Shown: positions 35,001-44,839, numbered from the stretch's first letter. The stretch: DNA of 64,000 nucleotides from Spirochaetales bacterium (GCA_016930085.1 JAFGHO010000008.1:32146-96145); one strand, 5' to 3'. Numbers and translations: made by a program. Notes: generated by a model from the sequence alone, not told the origin.

Positions 35001-36356
35001 TTAATGTTGATCTATAGAATACATTACAAGTCCGGATACGGGCTTCGGGTAAAAAAAAGTCGATTTTCTGGGCATAACTTCCTTGTTATCGGAAATAGCG
35101 ATGACGTCACTCAGTTTTGTGGCATTGAGTATAACGGCCGCCTGATTGCGGCCCTCAGCAACCGATTCGACCGCTTCGTTCGGATCGACGATATACCGGA
35201 CATTTGTATTTGCGGCAAGCTGTTCCTCGGAAATGCCGAGTAGCTGCTTGAACAGGAGGTAATTGACGATGTTTACGTCAAGGCGTTTCCACGCGGACGA
35301 CTGATCGAGGTCGACCAGTTCCTCGTATGCTTCCGAATCCTTGAGTGTGAGGAGATAGTAGCACTCCCGGCCCCCGAGATACAATCCGAACTGGTGTTCC
35401 TCCTCATTTTCCGTTTTAATCCTGTCAAGCCAAGTTTTTCTCACTTCTTTTTCATTCCGGTTTTCCCATCGATATTCCCGTACGTGAAAATGATGCGACA
35501 CATCACTCATGACCGTATCCCAGTTACCGATCGAAAGATGATGAACCGCCCTGTGAGTGGGGAGAATAGTGAGTCCTTCATGGGAGGTATTGACCAGAAA
35601 CATCATGATGAACTCCCATGGGGCATCCGGTCCTGCATCGGGATATTTTCTCCGGAATTCATTCCGGATATGAAGCATCGTCTGATAACGGTGATGTCCG
35701 TCTGCGATATATATCCTGCACCCGGATAGTGTTGCTTGTATTCGTTCGCACATACCGGGATCGACCAGGCGCCATAATCGGTGCCGGACCGATGTATCGG
35801 GTTCAATGTAATCGATAATCCCGGATTCCTTTGAACATTCATCCAGAATATTATCAACCACAAATCCTTTATCCTGATACATACCCCAGATATATTCGAA
35901 TTGCGTATTTGTCGTTTCAGTGAGTCTGATTCTGTCCAGGAGGGCGTCACGAAGTACTTTTTCGTGCGGAAGAATCCTCATCTCCTCATAATCGTAAAGG
36001 CGTACTTTTCCGATAAATCCCTTTACTTTCCTGGGTCCGCCGTCATTGATTCTAAACTCCTGTTCGTACACCCAGAAGGAATCCCTTGCCGTTTTATGCA
36101 GGATATTCTGATCGCACCACGTTTTCAAATAATCGCGGGCCCGCGTATATTGATTGCTCAGGGCATTGTCTGCTGTTTCCGATTTTCCAAGAATAAGGCG
36201 AATGATATTGTTTTCATGCCGCCGGTAGTATTTCTCCTGTTGTGCAGGGGAAATAACATCATATGGTTGCGAGAGACACGCACCGATGTCTCCGATCTTC
36301 ATGGGATTATAGTGATAGGCGCAGAACGGGCGCACGTCATTGATATTATTATCCAT
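35001..36356 (-). CDS. DUF1015 domain protein
   Basis: RIYIADGHHRYQT motif with family-typical length. I prefer the ATG at 36356 because of a good ggagagaagga RBS; the ORF-track start is at 36464. Confidence 0.8.
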   Translation of the reverse strand: MDNNINDVRPFCAYHYNPMKIGDIGACLSQPYDVISPAQQEKYYRRHENNIIRLILGKSETADNALSNQYTRARDYLKTWCDQNILHKTARDSFWVYEQEFRINDGGPRKVKGFIGKVRLYDYEEMRILPHEKVLRDALLDRIRLTETTNTQFEYIWGMYQDKGFVVDNILDECSKESGIIDYIEPDTSVRHRLWRLVDPGMCERIQATLSGCRIYIADGHHRYQTMLHIRNEFRRKYPDAGPDAPWEFIMMFLVNTSHEGLTILPTHRAVHHLSIGNWDTVMSDVSHHFHVREYRWENRNEKEVRKTWLDRIKTENEEEHQFGLYLGGRECYYLLTLKDSEAYEELVDLDQSSAWKRLDVNIVNYLLFKQLLGISEEQLAANTNVRYIVDPNEAVESVAEGRNQAAVILNATKLSDVIAISDNKEVMPRKSTFFYPKPVSGLVMYSIDQH

Positions 36357-36643
36357 AAATGTTCCTTCTCTCCATATGTGGGTATATTTGCGGTGGTTGA
36401 CGACGCCGACCGGTCCGCCTTTCGTTTTAAACCGTTGCCTCTCTTTAAAAATACTGGTATACAATGAATGATATTACTATGATGTATCGTTCATCCAGTT
36501 ATGGAATACTTCTACAAGGAGCGTCTATTGTAGACTTCATATGATAAAGGGTCAAGAGATTCTCTGTAAAAGGTCGCTGATTGTGTCGATACTATAAGCA
36601 AACAAGATCATTGTATGTTTGCATGTCGGGAGTTCTTTTGCTT

Positions 36644-38134
36644 ATGAAAAATGTCGCCGTCATTAATGGGATATCCTGCACGCGTTTTACTTATGAAACG
36701 CTGATAGACGGGAAAAATGCTTTTGATGCCGTACTCGCATACGCCGGGGCGCTGCCCCATGTCGAAAAAGTGGTTCTGCTTGGTAACATGGATACCATTG
36801 CACAACCTTCCTGTGAAGCTATAACGAAAGCGTCCTGGAATGTCGGAGAACTTCTCCATTCACTCAAAGAGGTTTCAAAGGGATGTGACGTTATTTTTTA
36901 TTGTTATGCCGATTGTCCGTATCTCGATGCCGGCCTTGCCGGAAAAATGTATCGTCACCATAAACAGTCACTCGCAGATTATACCTGTTCAGACGGCTAT
37001 CCATACGGACTCACACCCGAACTTATCTCTCATGATATTATTTCCAGACTGATAACCCTTTCCGGTGAGGGAAAAGATACCATCACAAGAGAAAGCATCT
37101 TTAACCTGATAAAAACCGACATTAATGCCTTTGATATTGAAACTGAACTCGCCCCGAAAGATTTACGTCTTCTCAGAGTCTCTCTTACCGCCGATACAAA
37201 ACGAAACTTCATGCTGCTCGAGCGACTTGCATCCGAAAAGGCAACATCCGAACCTTCTATCATACGCCTCCTCGATGAAAATCCCATGATATTGCGGACA
37301 TTACCCGCATATTATTCAATCCAGATTTCAGAACCATGTCCACAGACGTGTACCTATTGTCCCTATCCCCTGATCGCGGGGGAGGTCAGGAAAAAAACCG
37401 GATATATGTCGTATAAGCATTTCAAGTCTATACTCGACGATATCGAAACTTTTTCTGATGATGCGGTGATCGGACTTTCACTCTGGGGCGAACCCGCGCT
37501 GCATCCCGAAATTGCTTCGCTCGCCGGAGAAGTGCTGAAAAGGAAGTCCCTCTCGCTTGTGATCGAAACCTCGGGTATCGGATGGAACGAATCCGTATTA
37601 AAAGAGATCGCGCGGTACGGTAAAAAACAATGTTCCTGGATCGTGAGTCTCGATGCATGGTCAAAGGAAATATACAGGATGCTGCGGGGAGAAGGTTATG
37701 AGGAGGCATACAGGACGGTATCGATATTGCGTGAAATAAATCCAAAACAGGTCTATGTCCAGGCTGTTAGGATGAAAGATAACGAGGATGATCTCGAACA
37801 ATTCTATAAAAACTGGCATAAAGAGACGGAGAATGTGATAGTCCAAAAATATGACGCGTTTTCCGAATTCCTGCCCGATAAAAAGGTTACCGATCTTTCT
37901 CCGCTTAATCGTTTCCCATGTTGGCATGTAAAACGGGAGATGGCTGTATTGATTGACGGTACCGTTCCTCTGTGCCGAGAGGATATCAGGCGGGAACATA
38001 TCCTGGGAAACGTGTTTGAGGATTCCATTGATTCGATATGGAATACCGGCGAAAGTTTTTACCGGCTTCATACCGGAAAGGATTATCCCGATATATGCAA
38101 ACGATGCGATGAGTACTATACCTATAACTTCTGA
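36644..38134 (+). CDS. radical SAM / SPASM-domain enzyme with N-terminal nucleotidyltransferase-like domain ('spiro-SPASM'-type)
   Basis: CPQTCTYCP is a CX3CX2C motif. The C-terminal Cys cluster reads CWHV...PLCREDI...DICKRCDEYY. The N-terminal ~200 aa (VAVINGIS...VVLLGN...YADCPYLD) look like a MobA/IspD-type fold. I prefer the ATG at 36644. Confidence 0.8.
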   Translation: MKNVAVINGISCTRFTYETLIDGKNAFDAVLAYAGALPHVEKVVLLGNMDTIAQPSCEAITKASWNVGELLHSLKEVSKGCDVIFYCYADCPYLDAGLAGKMYRHHKQSLADYTCSDGYPYGLTPELISHDIISRLITLSGEGKDTITRESIFNLIKTDINAFDIETELAPKDLRLLRVSLTADTKRNFMLLERLASEKATSEPSIIRLLDENPMILRTLPAYYSIQISEPCPQTCTYCPYPLIAGEVRKKTGYMSYKHFKSILDDIETFSDDAVIGLSLWGEPALHPEIASLAGEVLKRKSLSLVIETSGIGWNESVLKEIARYGKKQCSWIVSLDAWSKEIYRMLRGEGYEEAYRTVSILREINPKQVYVQAVRMKDNEDDLEQFYKNWHKETENVIVQKYDAFSEFLPDKKVTDLSPLNRFPCWHVKREMAVLIDGTVPLCREDIRREHILGNVFEDSIDSIWNTGESFYRLHTGKDYPDICKRCDEYYTYNF

Positions 38135-39074
38135 ATATAATTCGATTCAATACACGATCGTGGGCGACAGTGCCTATGATCCGGGATCCGGGGAGTCCCC
38201 CCGCCTGACGATCCTCTTATTAAACAGGGGGGGGAAGTTTCATCGGGAGGATCTCATTGCGGGGCTGCGGTCCGTTCCTTTTACCGAGGTTCTCTTTTTT
38301 GAAGGTCCCGAACTCACCTACGATATCGAGCCGCTTTCAAAAAAATATCCTGAAGTTCGTTTTCTCCTTCTCAGGGAAAAAATTAGCGCAGGAGAAAAGA
38401 TAAATCTCGGCATTTCCGAATCACGATCCAATCTTGTCTATGTACTGTGGAGCAATATGGCGATAAACCGCGCGTCCCTTTCCGATGAGTGCATAAAACG
38501 AATGAATGAAAAAAGCGTTCTATGCAGCGTCCCGATTTTAAAAAACGTCAAGCATGAGATAATTCCCTCAATCCAGGTGCCGGGCATATCGAAAAAGGAT
38601 ATCAAGGTTGTCCCATGGGTGCCGTCCACGAAAAAAATCAGGAGTATTTTCCCGTTTGATTTCTGCGGTATTTACGATAAAAAGAAATTCAAGGCTATCG
38701 GCGGGTATGATTCGCGGATTGAAAGTCCATACTGGCAGAAAATGGATTTCGGATTCAGGGCTTTTTTATGGGGTGAAACAATCAGGCTGAATCCCGATTT
38801 GACACTCTCCTATACTCATGATATCTCAGCCGATGACACAACACCCAAGAACGGATATACATTGTTTTATCTGAAAAATATCTTCATTACCTGTAAAAAG
38901 GGGAGCGGGGTACTCCCTGTCCGGAAACTTCTATCCTATATCCTTCACTCGGACACCGGACCATTCGATTCTTTCAGGGAGTTTCAAACCATAAGGAGGT
39001 GGGTAAAAAAGAACAGGGAGCGATTCAGGCTCGATGCGTTTACCCTTCTCAAAACATGGGAGGTGCCAGAATAG
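38109..39074 (+). CDS. glycosyltransferase family 2-like protein (possibly degenerate DXD)
   Basis: LTILLLNRGG...VRFLLL...GEKINLGISESRSNLVYVLWSNM...GGYDSRIESPYWQKMDFGFRAFLWGETI resembles the GT2 fold. The start was chosen at the in-frame ATG at 38109, which overlaps the upstream gene. Confidence 0.55.
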   Translation: MSTIPITSEYNSIQYTIVGDSAYDPGSGESPRLTILLLNRGGKFHREDLIAGLRSVPFTEVLFFEGPELTYDIEPLSKKYPEVRFLLLREKISAGEKINLGISESRSNLVYVLWSNMAINRASLSDECIKRMNEKSVLCSVPILKNVKHEIIPSIQVPGISKKDIKVVPWVPSTKKIRSIFPFDFCGIYDKKKFKAIGGYDSRIESPYWQKMDFGFRAFLWGETIRLNPDLTLSYTHDISADDTTPKNGYTLFYLKNIFITCKKGSGVLPVRKLLSYILHSDTGPFDSFREFQTIRRWVKKNRERFRLDAFTLLKTWEVPE

Positions 39075-41533
39075 TCACCGGTATTTTTTTACAGGTCCGG
39101 CTTAATTCGACACGTCTTCCACGAAAAGCCCTGCTTCCGCTCAAGTCGGGAAATGTGATTGCCTTTGCGATGAGGGCTCTCCGGAAGGTTTCCGCGGATC
39201 ATTATGTTCTCCTCACCGACGCGGAAAGCGCACCCGAGCTTTCACACTATGCGGAAACCGAAGGTTTCGGACTTTTTATAGGTCCGCAAGACGATGTCCT
39301 GCTTCGATTTTGTATGGCCGCACGCCGCTATGGAGTAACGAGGGTGGTGAGGGCAACAGGCGATAACCCCCTTGTTTCACCGCTGCTTGCCAGACGGATC
39401 TTGGATATTCATACCGAAGCCGGTGCCGACCTGAGTCATTATATCGGTATTCCAATAGGAACCGGGGTCGAAGTCGTCGAAGCGGCGGCCCTTTTTCGTT
39501 CGGAAAAAGATACAAGGGATCCGTTCGAACGCGAACATATGACCACGCATATTTATCGAAACAGAAACAGGTATCGTGTTCTCGAAAAGCAGGCACCTCC
39601 GGAATATGTGATGCCGTCCGCGAGGGTCACTCTTGATACCGAAGAAGACTACAGATGGATCGTGAGGCTCGTCGATGAATTATACCGTTCGAGACCGATG
39701 GAGCCTGATGAGGTGATTCGCTGGCTGCGGGAACACGATAAGAAGGCCGGAAATAAAAAAGCGGCCTTTTCCGGAAAGCGGGTGCTGCTTGTTCCCTCGA
39801 TGATTTCCGGAGGGGGTATCGGACATTTCAAGCGGTGCGCGGCGCTTCTTCACAACGGAGATATCAATGCCTTTCTCTATATTCCAGAAAAAAATACCGA
39901 TGCGGCCGCTGTCACCGGAATGGGCCGGGAGAGGCTCGTTTTTTCACTGAAAGAAACGCCGTCATGGGATCTCATTGTTATCGACGGGCGCGCTACGACA
40001 AAAGAACAATATGAAACGATGTCGGCGTACGGTATAACAGCCGCCGTCGATGAGGGAGGTTCCGCACGCCCGTTCATTCCATATCTTGTCGACACGTTGT
40101 TGACGGTACGGTCAGGCGGAAAAAGAAATGGCCCGAATATCACGGCTCAAACGGTTCCCGCGGCCGAGAGAAGAAAAAAAAGCTTTGTTTTTCCGTTTCA
40201 AACGATACTTATATCATTCGGCGGAGACGATCCGGGTTCTCTCAGCAAAAAAATAGCCGATACCCTGATCGGAGACGGATTCTACAAACCGGAAGCAGTC
40301 ACGATTGTCAGGGGTCCCCGCTTTTCAAGCCAAAAGTGGCCGGCAGGGGTACGAATTATCGATAATCCTGAATCGATGGAACACCTTTACCCGGAACATG
40401 ATTGCCTCATCACCCACTTCGGACTTACCTGTTTCGAAGCACTTGCAGCCGGAGTCCCCGTTATCCTTTTTAATCCGTCGAACTACCATAAACGGCTTAC
40501 CGGTCATTACCGGCTTCCCCATATCGGTGTACATAAACCGGATATCGGGAAATTACGGCGGCTTCTTGCTTCAGGGAATACCTTCCAACGCGTGCTGGAT
40601 GATTATCGCATCAACTCAGAAAACGATTTCCCGTCACTGCTTTCGATTATAAATGACATGTATCCGACGGGAAACGCCTCGTGTCCGCTATGCGGCAGGG
40701 TGGGCAATAAGGTCATCGCCCGGTTTCCGGAAAAATCGTATTTTCTCTGTTCGGGCTGCCGTATTATCCATGCCGTTTTTTTCCGTAAAGAGGAACAGCG
40801 GTACGACAGGGACTATTTTTTTTCCGGGTACAGAAAACAGTACGGAAAGACATACCTCGAGGATTTCAGGGCGATAAAGGAATCGGGAGCAAGACGAATA
40901 CGGATTATCAAAAAGCTTCTTCGGGCCGTCACGAACCCTTTTCTTCTGGATATCGGCTGTGCGTACGGGCCGTTTCTGGATGCTGCGGCTGGTGAAGGTT
41001 TCCGATGCAGGGGAATCGACATATGTGAGGATGCGGTAGTTCATGTAAGAGAGACCCTCGGGATCGACTGCGATGTCTGTGATTTTACCGAAAAGGACGA
41101 CCGCCTGTTTCCCAACGGCGAAACATACGATACCGTGTCAATGTGGTTTGTGATCGAGCATTTTCAAAACACCTCGGAGATACTCATCAAGGTGAACCGT
41201 CTGTTAAAACCTGGAGGATTTTTTGCGTTTTCGACCCCCAGTGCTTCGGGAATTTCGGCAAGAAAAGACTTACGATCGTTTTTATGCCGGAATCCGTCCG
41301 ATCACTTTACCCTCTGGAAACCGCGCATGGTAAAAAGCGTACTGAAACGTTTCGGCTTTACGGTCAGAAAAATCGTCATTACCGGCCACCACCCCGAACG
41401 GTTCCCAGGGATGAAGGATATTGATAAAAACCCGAAAAAGATGCTTAATAGATGTTTGATACTTGGAAGCAGGGCGGCAGGACTGGGTGATACGTTCGAA
41501 GTATATGCGGAAAAGGTAAGGGGCGTGTTATGA
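39056..41533 (+). CDS. three-domain fusion: SpsF/PseF-type cytidylyltransferase, PseG-like (GT28-type) UDP-sugar hydrolase/transferase, and Zn-ribbon class I SAM methyltransferase
   Basis: Domain 1 has GIFLQVRLNSTRLPRKALLPL and RATGDNPLVSP. Domain 2 has GGGIGHFKRCAALL, ILISFGGDDPGSL and ITHFGLTCFEALAAGVPVILF. The Zn ribbon is CPLCG...CSGC. Domain 3 has LLDIGCAYGPFLDAA and LLKPGGFFAFSTP. The ATG at 39056 overlaps the upstream stop. Confidence 0.8.
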   Translation: MGGARIVTGIFLQVRLNSTRLPRKALLPLKSGNVIAFAMRALRKVSADHYVLLTDAESAPELSHYAETEGFGLFIGPQDDVLLRFCMAARRYGVTRVVRATGDNPLVSPLLARRILDIHTEAGADLSHYIGIPIGTGVEVVEAAALFRSEKDTRDPFEREHMTTHIYRNRNRYRVLEKQAPPEYVMPSARVTLDTEEDYRWIVRLVDELYRSRPMEPDEVIRWLREHDKKAGNKKAAFSGKRVLLVPSMISGGGIGHFKRCAALLHNGDINAFLYIPEKNTDAAAVTGMGRERLVFSLKETPSWDLIVIDGRATTKEQYETMSAYGITAAVDEGGSARPFIPYLVDTLLTVRSGGKRNGPNITAQTVPAAERRKKSFVFPFQTILISFGGDDPGSLSKKIADTLIGDGFYKPEAVTIVRGPRFSSQKWPAGVRIIDNPESMEHLYPEHDCLITHFGLTCFEALAAGVPVILFNPSNYHKRLTGHYRLPHIGVHKPDIGKLRRLLASGNTFQRVLDDYRINSENDFPSLLSIINDMYPTGNASCPLCGRVGNKVIARFPEKSYFLCSGCRIIHAVFFRKEEQRYDRDYFFSGYRKQYGKTYLEDFRAIKESGARRIRIIKKLLRAVTNPFLLDIGCAYGPFLDAAAGEGFRCRGIDICEDAVVHVRETLGIDCDVCDFTEKDDRLFPNGETYDTVSMWFVIEHFQNTSEILIKVNRLLKPGGFFAFSTPSASGISARKDLRSFLCRNPSDHFTLWKPRMVKSVLKRFGFTVRKIVITGHHPERFPGMKDIDKNPKKMLNRCLILGSRAAGLGDTFEVYAEKVRGVL

Positions 41534-43155
41534 GAAAAACGGTTTTTATTCTCGGCGGTTCGACCATGCAGCTTCCGTCGATCAGAATCGCAAAAGAAAA
41601 GGGGTGGCGGGTCATCGTCGCCGACGGAAATCCCCGGGCGGAGGGGAGAGCCCTTGCCGATCATTTTGCCCATATCGATCTGAAAGACTTGGCGGCAATG
41701 GAAAAAACAGCCCGGTATTACAATGAACTCTTCGGGCTTAACGGAATCTTTACGGCCGGGACCGATTTCTCGACGACCGTTGCTTATGTCGCTCAGAAAC
41801 TCAACCTTCCCGGTATTCCCTACGAAGCCGCCTGTAATGCGACGGACAAAGCACAGATGCGGTCCGTGCTGAAAGCCGGCGGCGTCCCGTGCCCCGACTT
41901 TTTCATCGCGGATAAAACCGCCGATCCGCATTCGATACTGAGGTCACTCCGGCTTCCGCTTGTAGTAAAACCGGTCGATAACATGGGCGCCAGGGGTGTC
42001 AGGCGCGTTGATTCGGCGGAAGAGCTCGGGTCTGCAATCGGCAACGCGGTTTTTCATTCCCGTTCGGGCAGAGCGATAGTCGAGGAGTTCATCGACGGCC
42101 GGGAATTGAGTCTGGATGCGATCATTTACGACAATACCATCACCGTCTGCGGGATTGCGGACCGGCATATCTGTTTTCCTCCGTATTTTGTTGAGATGGG
42201 TCATACCATGCCCACGTCACTTCCCGAAACAGAAATCGCCAGGGTGGAAGACGTGTTTAAACGGGGAATACGGGCACTCGGGATCGTCAATGGCGCAGCC
42301 AAAGGGGATATCAAGGTGACGGCCGGCGGACCGGTCATTGTGGAAATTGCGGCGCGGCTTTCGGGCGGTTATATGTCCGGCTGGACGTTTCCCTATTCTT
42401 CCGGTATTGAAGTGACGGAAGCGGCACTCCACATCGCCATGGGCCTTCCGCCCGGACGACTGGCCACTATGGAAAGGAATGTGTCTGCGGAAAGGGCCTT
42501 TATCTCGATCCCCGGAATGATCAATTCGATATCGGGTTATGATGAAGCGGGGAAATCTCCTCATATCATGACGACGTTCTGCAGGGTAGGCCCGGGCGAT
42601 ACGGTCGTGTTTCCCAGAAACAATGTCGAAAAATGCGGTAACGTCATCTCAAAAGCCCCCTTGCGCGAAGAGGCTATCGTATGCGCCGAGGAAGCGGTAC
42701 GGAAGATCATTATCAGGCTCGAGCCGGACAACAGGATAACGGAAGACTTCCTTTTCTCCCGCTCGGGTGAACCGTGGGTGAATACGATTTCCGCATTCAC
42801 CCTTGATGATCCGGAAAACAGAAACGCATTCGAAATGATGATCCCGTTTATATGTGACGATAAAATCGGAAAACAGGAATCGATCACAGTACTTCCACTC
42901 CCTTCGATCGGGGACGAAACCGTGAGGAACTGGCACGGTGAACTCATGAAAGATGCGATAACGACATTGGTTCGGATTGCGGGCATTGAATTCGAAGGGG
43001 AAGGCCGTCACGGTTCATGCATCCTGGGAAAAAGTTTCTGGCGGGCATTTTTAAAAGGAGGAATTCAGGGCGGCCTTTATATCATCGATTCACTGAAACG
43101 CGCTTTTGAGCGAAATCTTTCCTGTAAACAAAGGTTGATATCGTGGGAAGATTAA
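41530..43155 (+). CDS. ATP-grasp domain ligase
   Basis: Motifs are FILGGSTMQLPSIRIAKEKGWRVIVAD, PLVVKPVDNMGARGVRRV, IVEEFIDGRELSLDAI and VVEIAARLSGG. The start overlaps the upstream stop (ATGA-type). Confidence 0.8.
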   Translation: MRKTVFILGGSTMQLPSIRIAKEKGWRVIVADGNPRAEGRALADHFAHIDLKDLAAMEKTARYYNELFGLNGIFTAGTDFSTTVAYVAQKLNLPGIPYEAACNATDKAQMRSVLKAGGVPCPDFFIADKTADPHSILRSLRLPLVVKPVDNMGARGVRRVDSAEELGSAIGNAVFHSRSGRAIVEEFIDGRELSLDAIIYDNTITVCGIADRHICFPPYFVEMGHTMPTSLPETEIARVEDVFKRGIRALGIVNGAAKGDIKVTAGGPVIVEIAARLSGGYMSGWTFPYSSGIEVTEAALHIAMGLPPGRLATMERNVSAERAFISIPGMINSISGYDEAGKSPHIMTTFCRVGPGDTVVFPRNNVEKCGNVISKAPLREEAIVCAEEAVRKIIIRLEPDNRITEDFLFSRSGEPWVNTISAFTLDDPENRNAFEMMIPFICDDKIGKQESITVLPLPSIGDETVRNWHGELMKDAITTLVRIAGIEFEGEGRHGSCILGKSFWRAFLKGGIQGGLYIIDSLKRAFERNLSCKQRLISWED

Positions 43156-44198
43156 AACCTCACATACTTTTTTCACTCGGCGTCATTGTGACGATAACCA
43201 CATCCTTCCTTTATGCCGGGGAAGAGGATCTGATTGAAATGGAAACGTTTCTGAAGGAACAGAATGCGCGGCTATTATGGAATCCAGTCACCGATTCGGG
43301 GATGATCACGAAAAAAGGGAGTACCGTTTCATTCAAACCCGGCGCTTCCTGGATTCTCTTCGATTACCGGGAGTTGAAGTCGATTAAAAAAATATCAAGA
43401 GAAAACGGCAGGATTGTAATACCCGCTTCAACCGCCGCGGCAATCACCTCGTATTTCACCCGCGTGGAAAAAGAACGCTTATCATCGCCGCATGTCGAGG
43501 TGATCCTCATCGACCCCGGTCACGGCGGCAAGGATCCCGGCGCCCTTTATACTCACAAGACAAAGAATGGTACCTTTACCCTGTACGAAAAAGATTTGAC
43601 ACTCAAAGTCGCTTTGACGCTTGATTCCCTTTTCAGAAACAGGTACCCTGAAAAGAAAATTATCCTCACCCGCCGGACGGATATGTATCTGAAACTCGAA
43701 GAACGTGTTGAAATAGCCAATGACCTTGAAGTGGAGGATTATGAGGCGGTCGTCTATATATCAATTCATTTCAATGCGTCGTTTAATAAAAATGCAAAAG
43801 GTTATGAAGTCTGGTATCTCCCTTCGGATTACAGGCGGAATCTTATCGATGAAAAAGATGCAGAAACCGAAGAAAAGGATATTATTCCCATCCTCAACAC
43901 GATGCTGGAAGAAGAATATACACTTGAAAGTATCACCCTTGCCACAGACATTCTCGGCGGTCTCGATGCCGTGTTGGGCAATGTCACGATCAACAGGGGG
44001 ATGAAAGAGGAATCGTGGTTCGTCGTTCGAAACGCACGAATGCCCTCCGTTCTTCTTGAACTTGGATTTATCACCAACAGTGACGAAGCCGTGCTGTTAA
44101 GTGATCCCGGCTACTTGAATAAATGCTCCACCGGCATATATAATGGCATCTGTACATTTATAAATCGGTTTGAACAGACAAAAGGATTTACCCAATGA
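43143..44198 (+). CDS. N-acetylmuramoyl-L-alanine amidase (Amidase_3 family)
   Basis: Motifs are ILIDPGHGGKDPGA, YISIHFNAS, GYEVWYL and PSVLLELGFITN. The N-terminal signal/TM segment and the GTG start overlap the ATP-grasp gene. Confidence 0.85.
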   Translation: MGRLKPHILFSLGVIVTITTSFLYAGEEDLIEMETFLKEQNARLLWNPVTDSGMITKKGSTVSFKPGASWILFDYRELKSIKKISRENGRIVIPASTAAAITSYFTRVEKERLSSPHVEVILIDPGHGGKDPGALYTHKTKNGTFTLYEKDLTLKVALTLDSLFRNRYPEKKIILTRRTDMYLKLEERVEIANDLEVEDYEAVVYISIHFNASFNKNAKGYEVWYLPSDYRRNLIDEKDAETEEKDIIPILNTMLEEEYTLESITLATDILGGLDAVLGNVTINRGMKEESWFVVRNARMPSVLLELGFITNSDEAVLLSDPGYLNKCSTGIYNGICTFINRFEQTKGFTQ

Positions 44199-44731
44199 AA
44201 ATGAAATTAACCATCGAACACTATCTATACATAACGGCGGGCTTCCTCCTTCTGATTCTTGTCATTTCACTTATCGCGTTCGGTGTACAGAAGGGGGACA
44301 GGACGCGAAGGGTACTTTTTTTCCCGGAGATATTTTCGGGAAAATTGAACGGCGAAGTGCGTTATATAAAACAGCAGAAGGATCTCGAACATAATATCAG
44401 CGCCTTTATCGATGAACTCTGTCTCGGGCCTTCTCTGCCGAATCTTTCGCGGCTGTTTCCCAAAGAAACCCGTCTTCTCTCCCTGCTTATCGATGACACC
44501 CACATATACCTCAATTTTTCACGTGAAATGATATTCCCTGACTCGACAATAAAACTCGATACGAACAGCATACTGAAAGCACTTATCGGAAATATCGATT
44601 ATAATTTCTCACGCGTGAAGACTGTTTCAATCTATATGAACGGCGAACCGGTTGTGCCTGATTCCGGAATAGCGTATGAGGGGGATGAATTCGAAACAAA
44701 AGTCGAATTCTATTCGGGGCTGCTGAAATAA
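44195..44731 (+). CDS. GerMN-like domain membrane-anchored protein
   Basis: 178 aa with an N-terminal TM helix. The pattern LCLGPS...LLSLLIDDTHIYLNFS...VKTVSIYMNGEP is typical of GerMN domains that follow amidase genes. It overlaps the amidase stop. Confidence 0.5.
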   Translation: MKMKLTIEHYLYITAGFLLLILVISLIAFGVQKGDRTRRVLFFPEIFSGKLNGEVRYIKQQKDLEHNISAFIDELCLGPSLPNLSRLFPKETRLLSLLIDDTHIYLNFSREMIFPDSTIKLDTNSILKALIGNIDYNFSRVKTVSIYMNGEPVVPDSGIAYEGDEFETKVEFYSGLLK

Positions 44732-44770
44732 GGCACCAATGTTGATTGAATGAAAAAAAAAATAAAATCG

Positions 44771-44798
44771 TTGACAAAGGATTTTACTTTCATATAAT
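44771..44798 (+). promoter_or_regulatory. sigma70-like promoter of flaA
   Basis: ttgaca (44771-44776), a 16-nt spacer, then tataat (44793-44798). A gaaaggagag RBS precedes the ATG at 44840. Confidence 0.55.
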
Positions 44799-44839
44799 TT
44801 TAACCAATAAAAGTAATTTGACTTTGAAAGGAGAGCAAA

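Noticed and set aside
36479-36544. 21-aa ORF (MMYRSSSYGILLQGASIVDFI) upstream of the radical SAM/SPASM gene as a possible RiPP precursor
   Set aside because: It has no Shine-Dalgarno sequence and no Cys or other typical core residues. It lies in an AT-rich divergent promoter region where such ORFs arise by chance. It is worth a conservation check only.
37953-38108. 182-nt overlap between the SPASM gene and the ORF-track start of the next gene, read as a possible frameshift or fusion
   Set aside because: The region up to 38134 encodes the conserved Cys-rich SPASM C-terminus in the other frame. An in-frame ATG at 38109 gives a short overlap typical of coupled genes.
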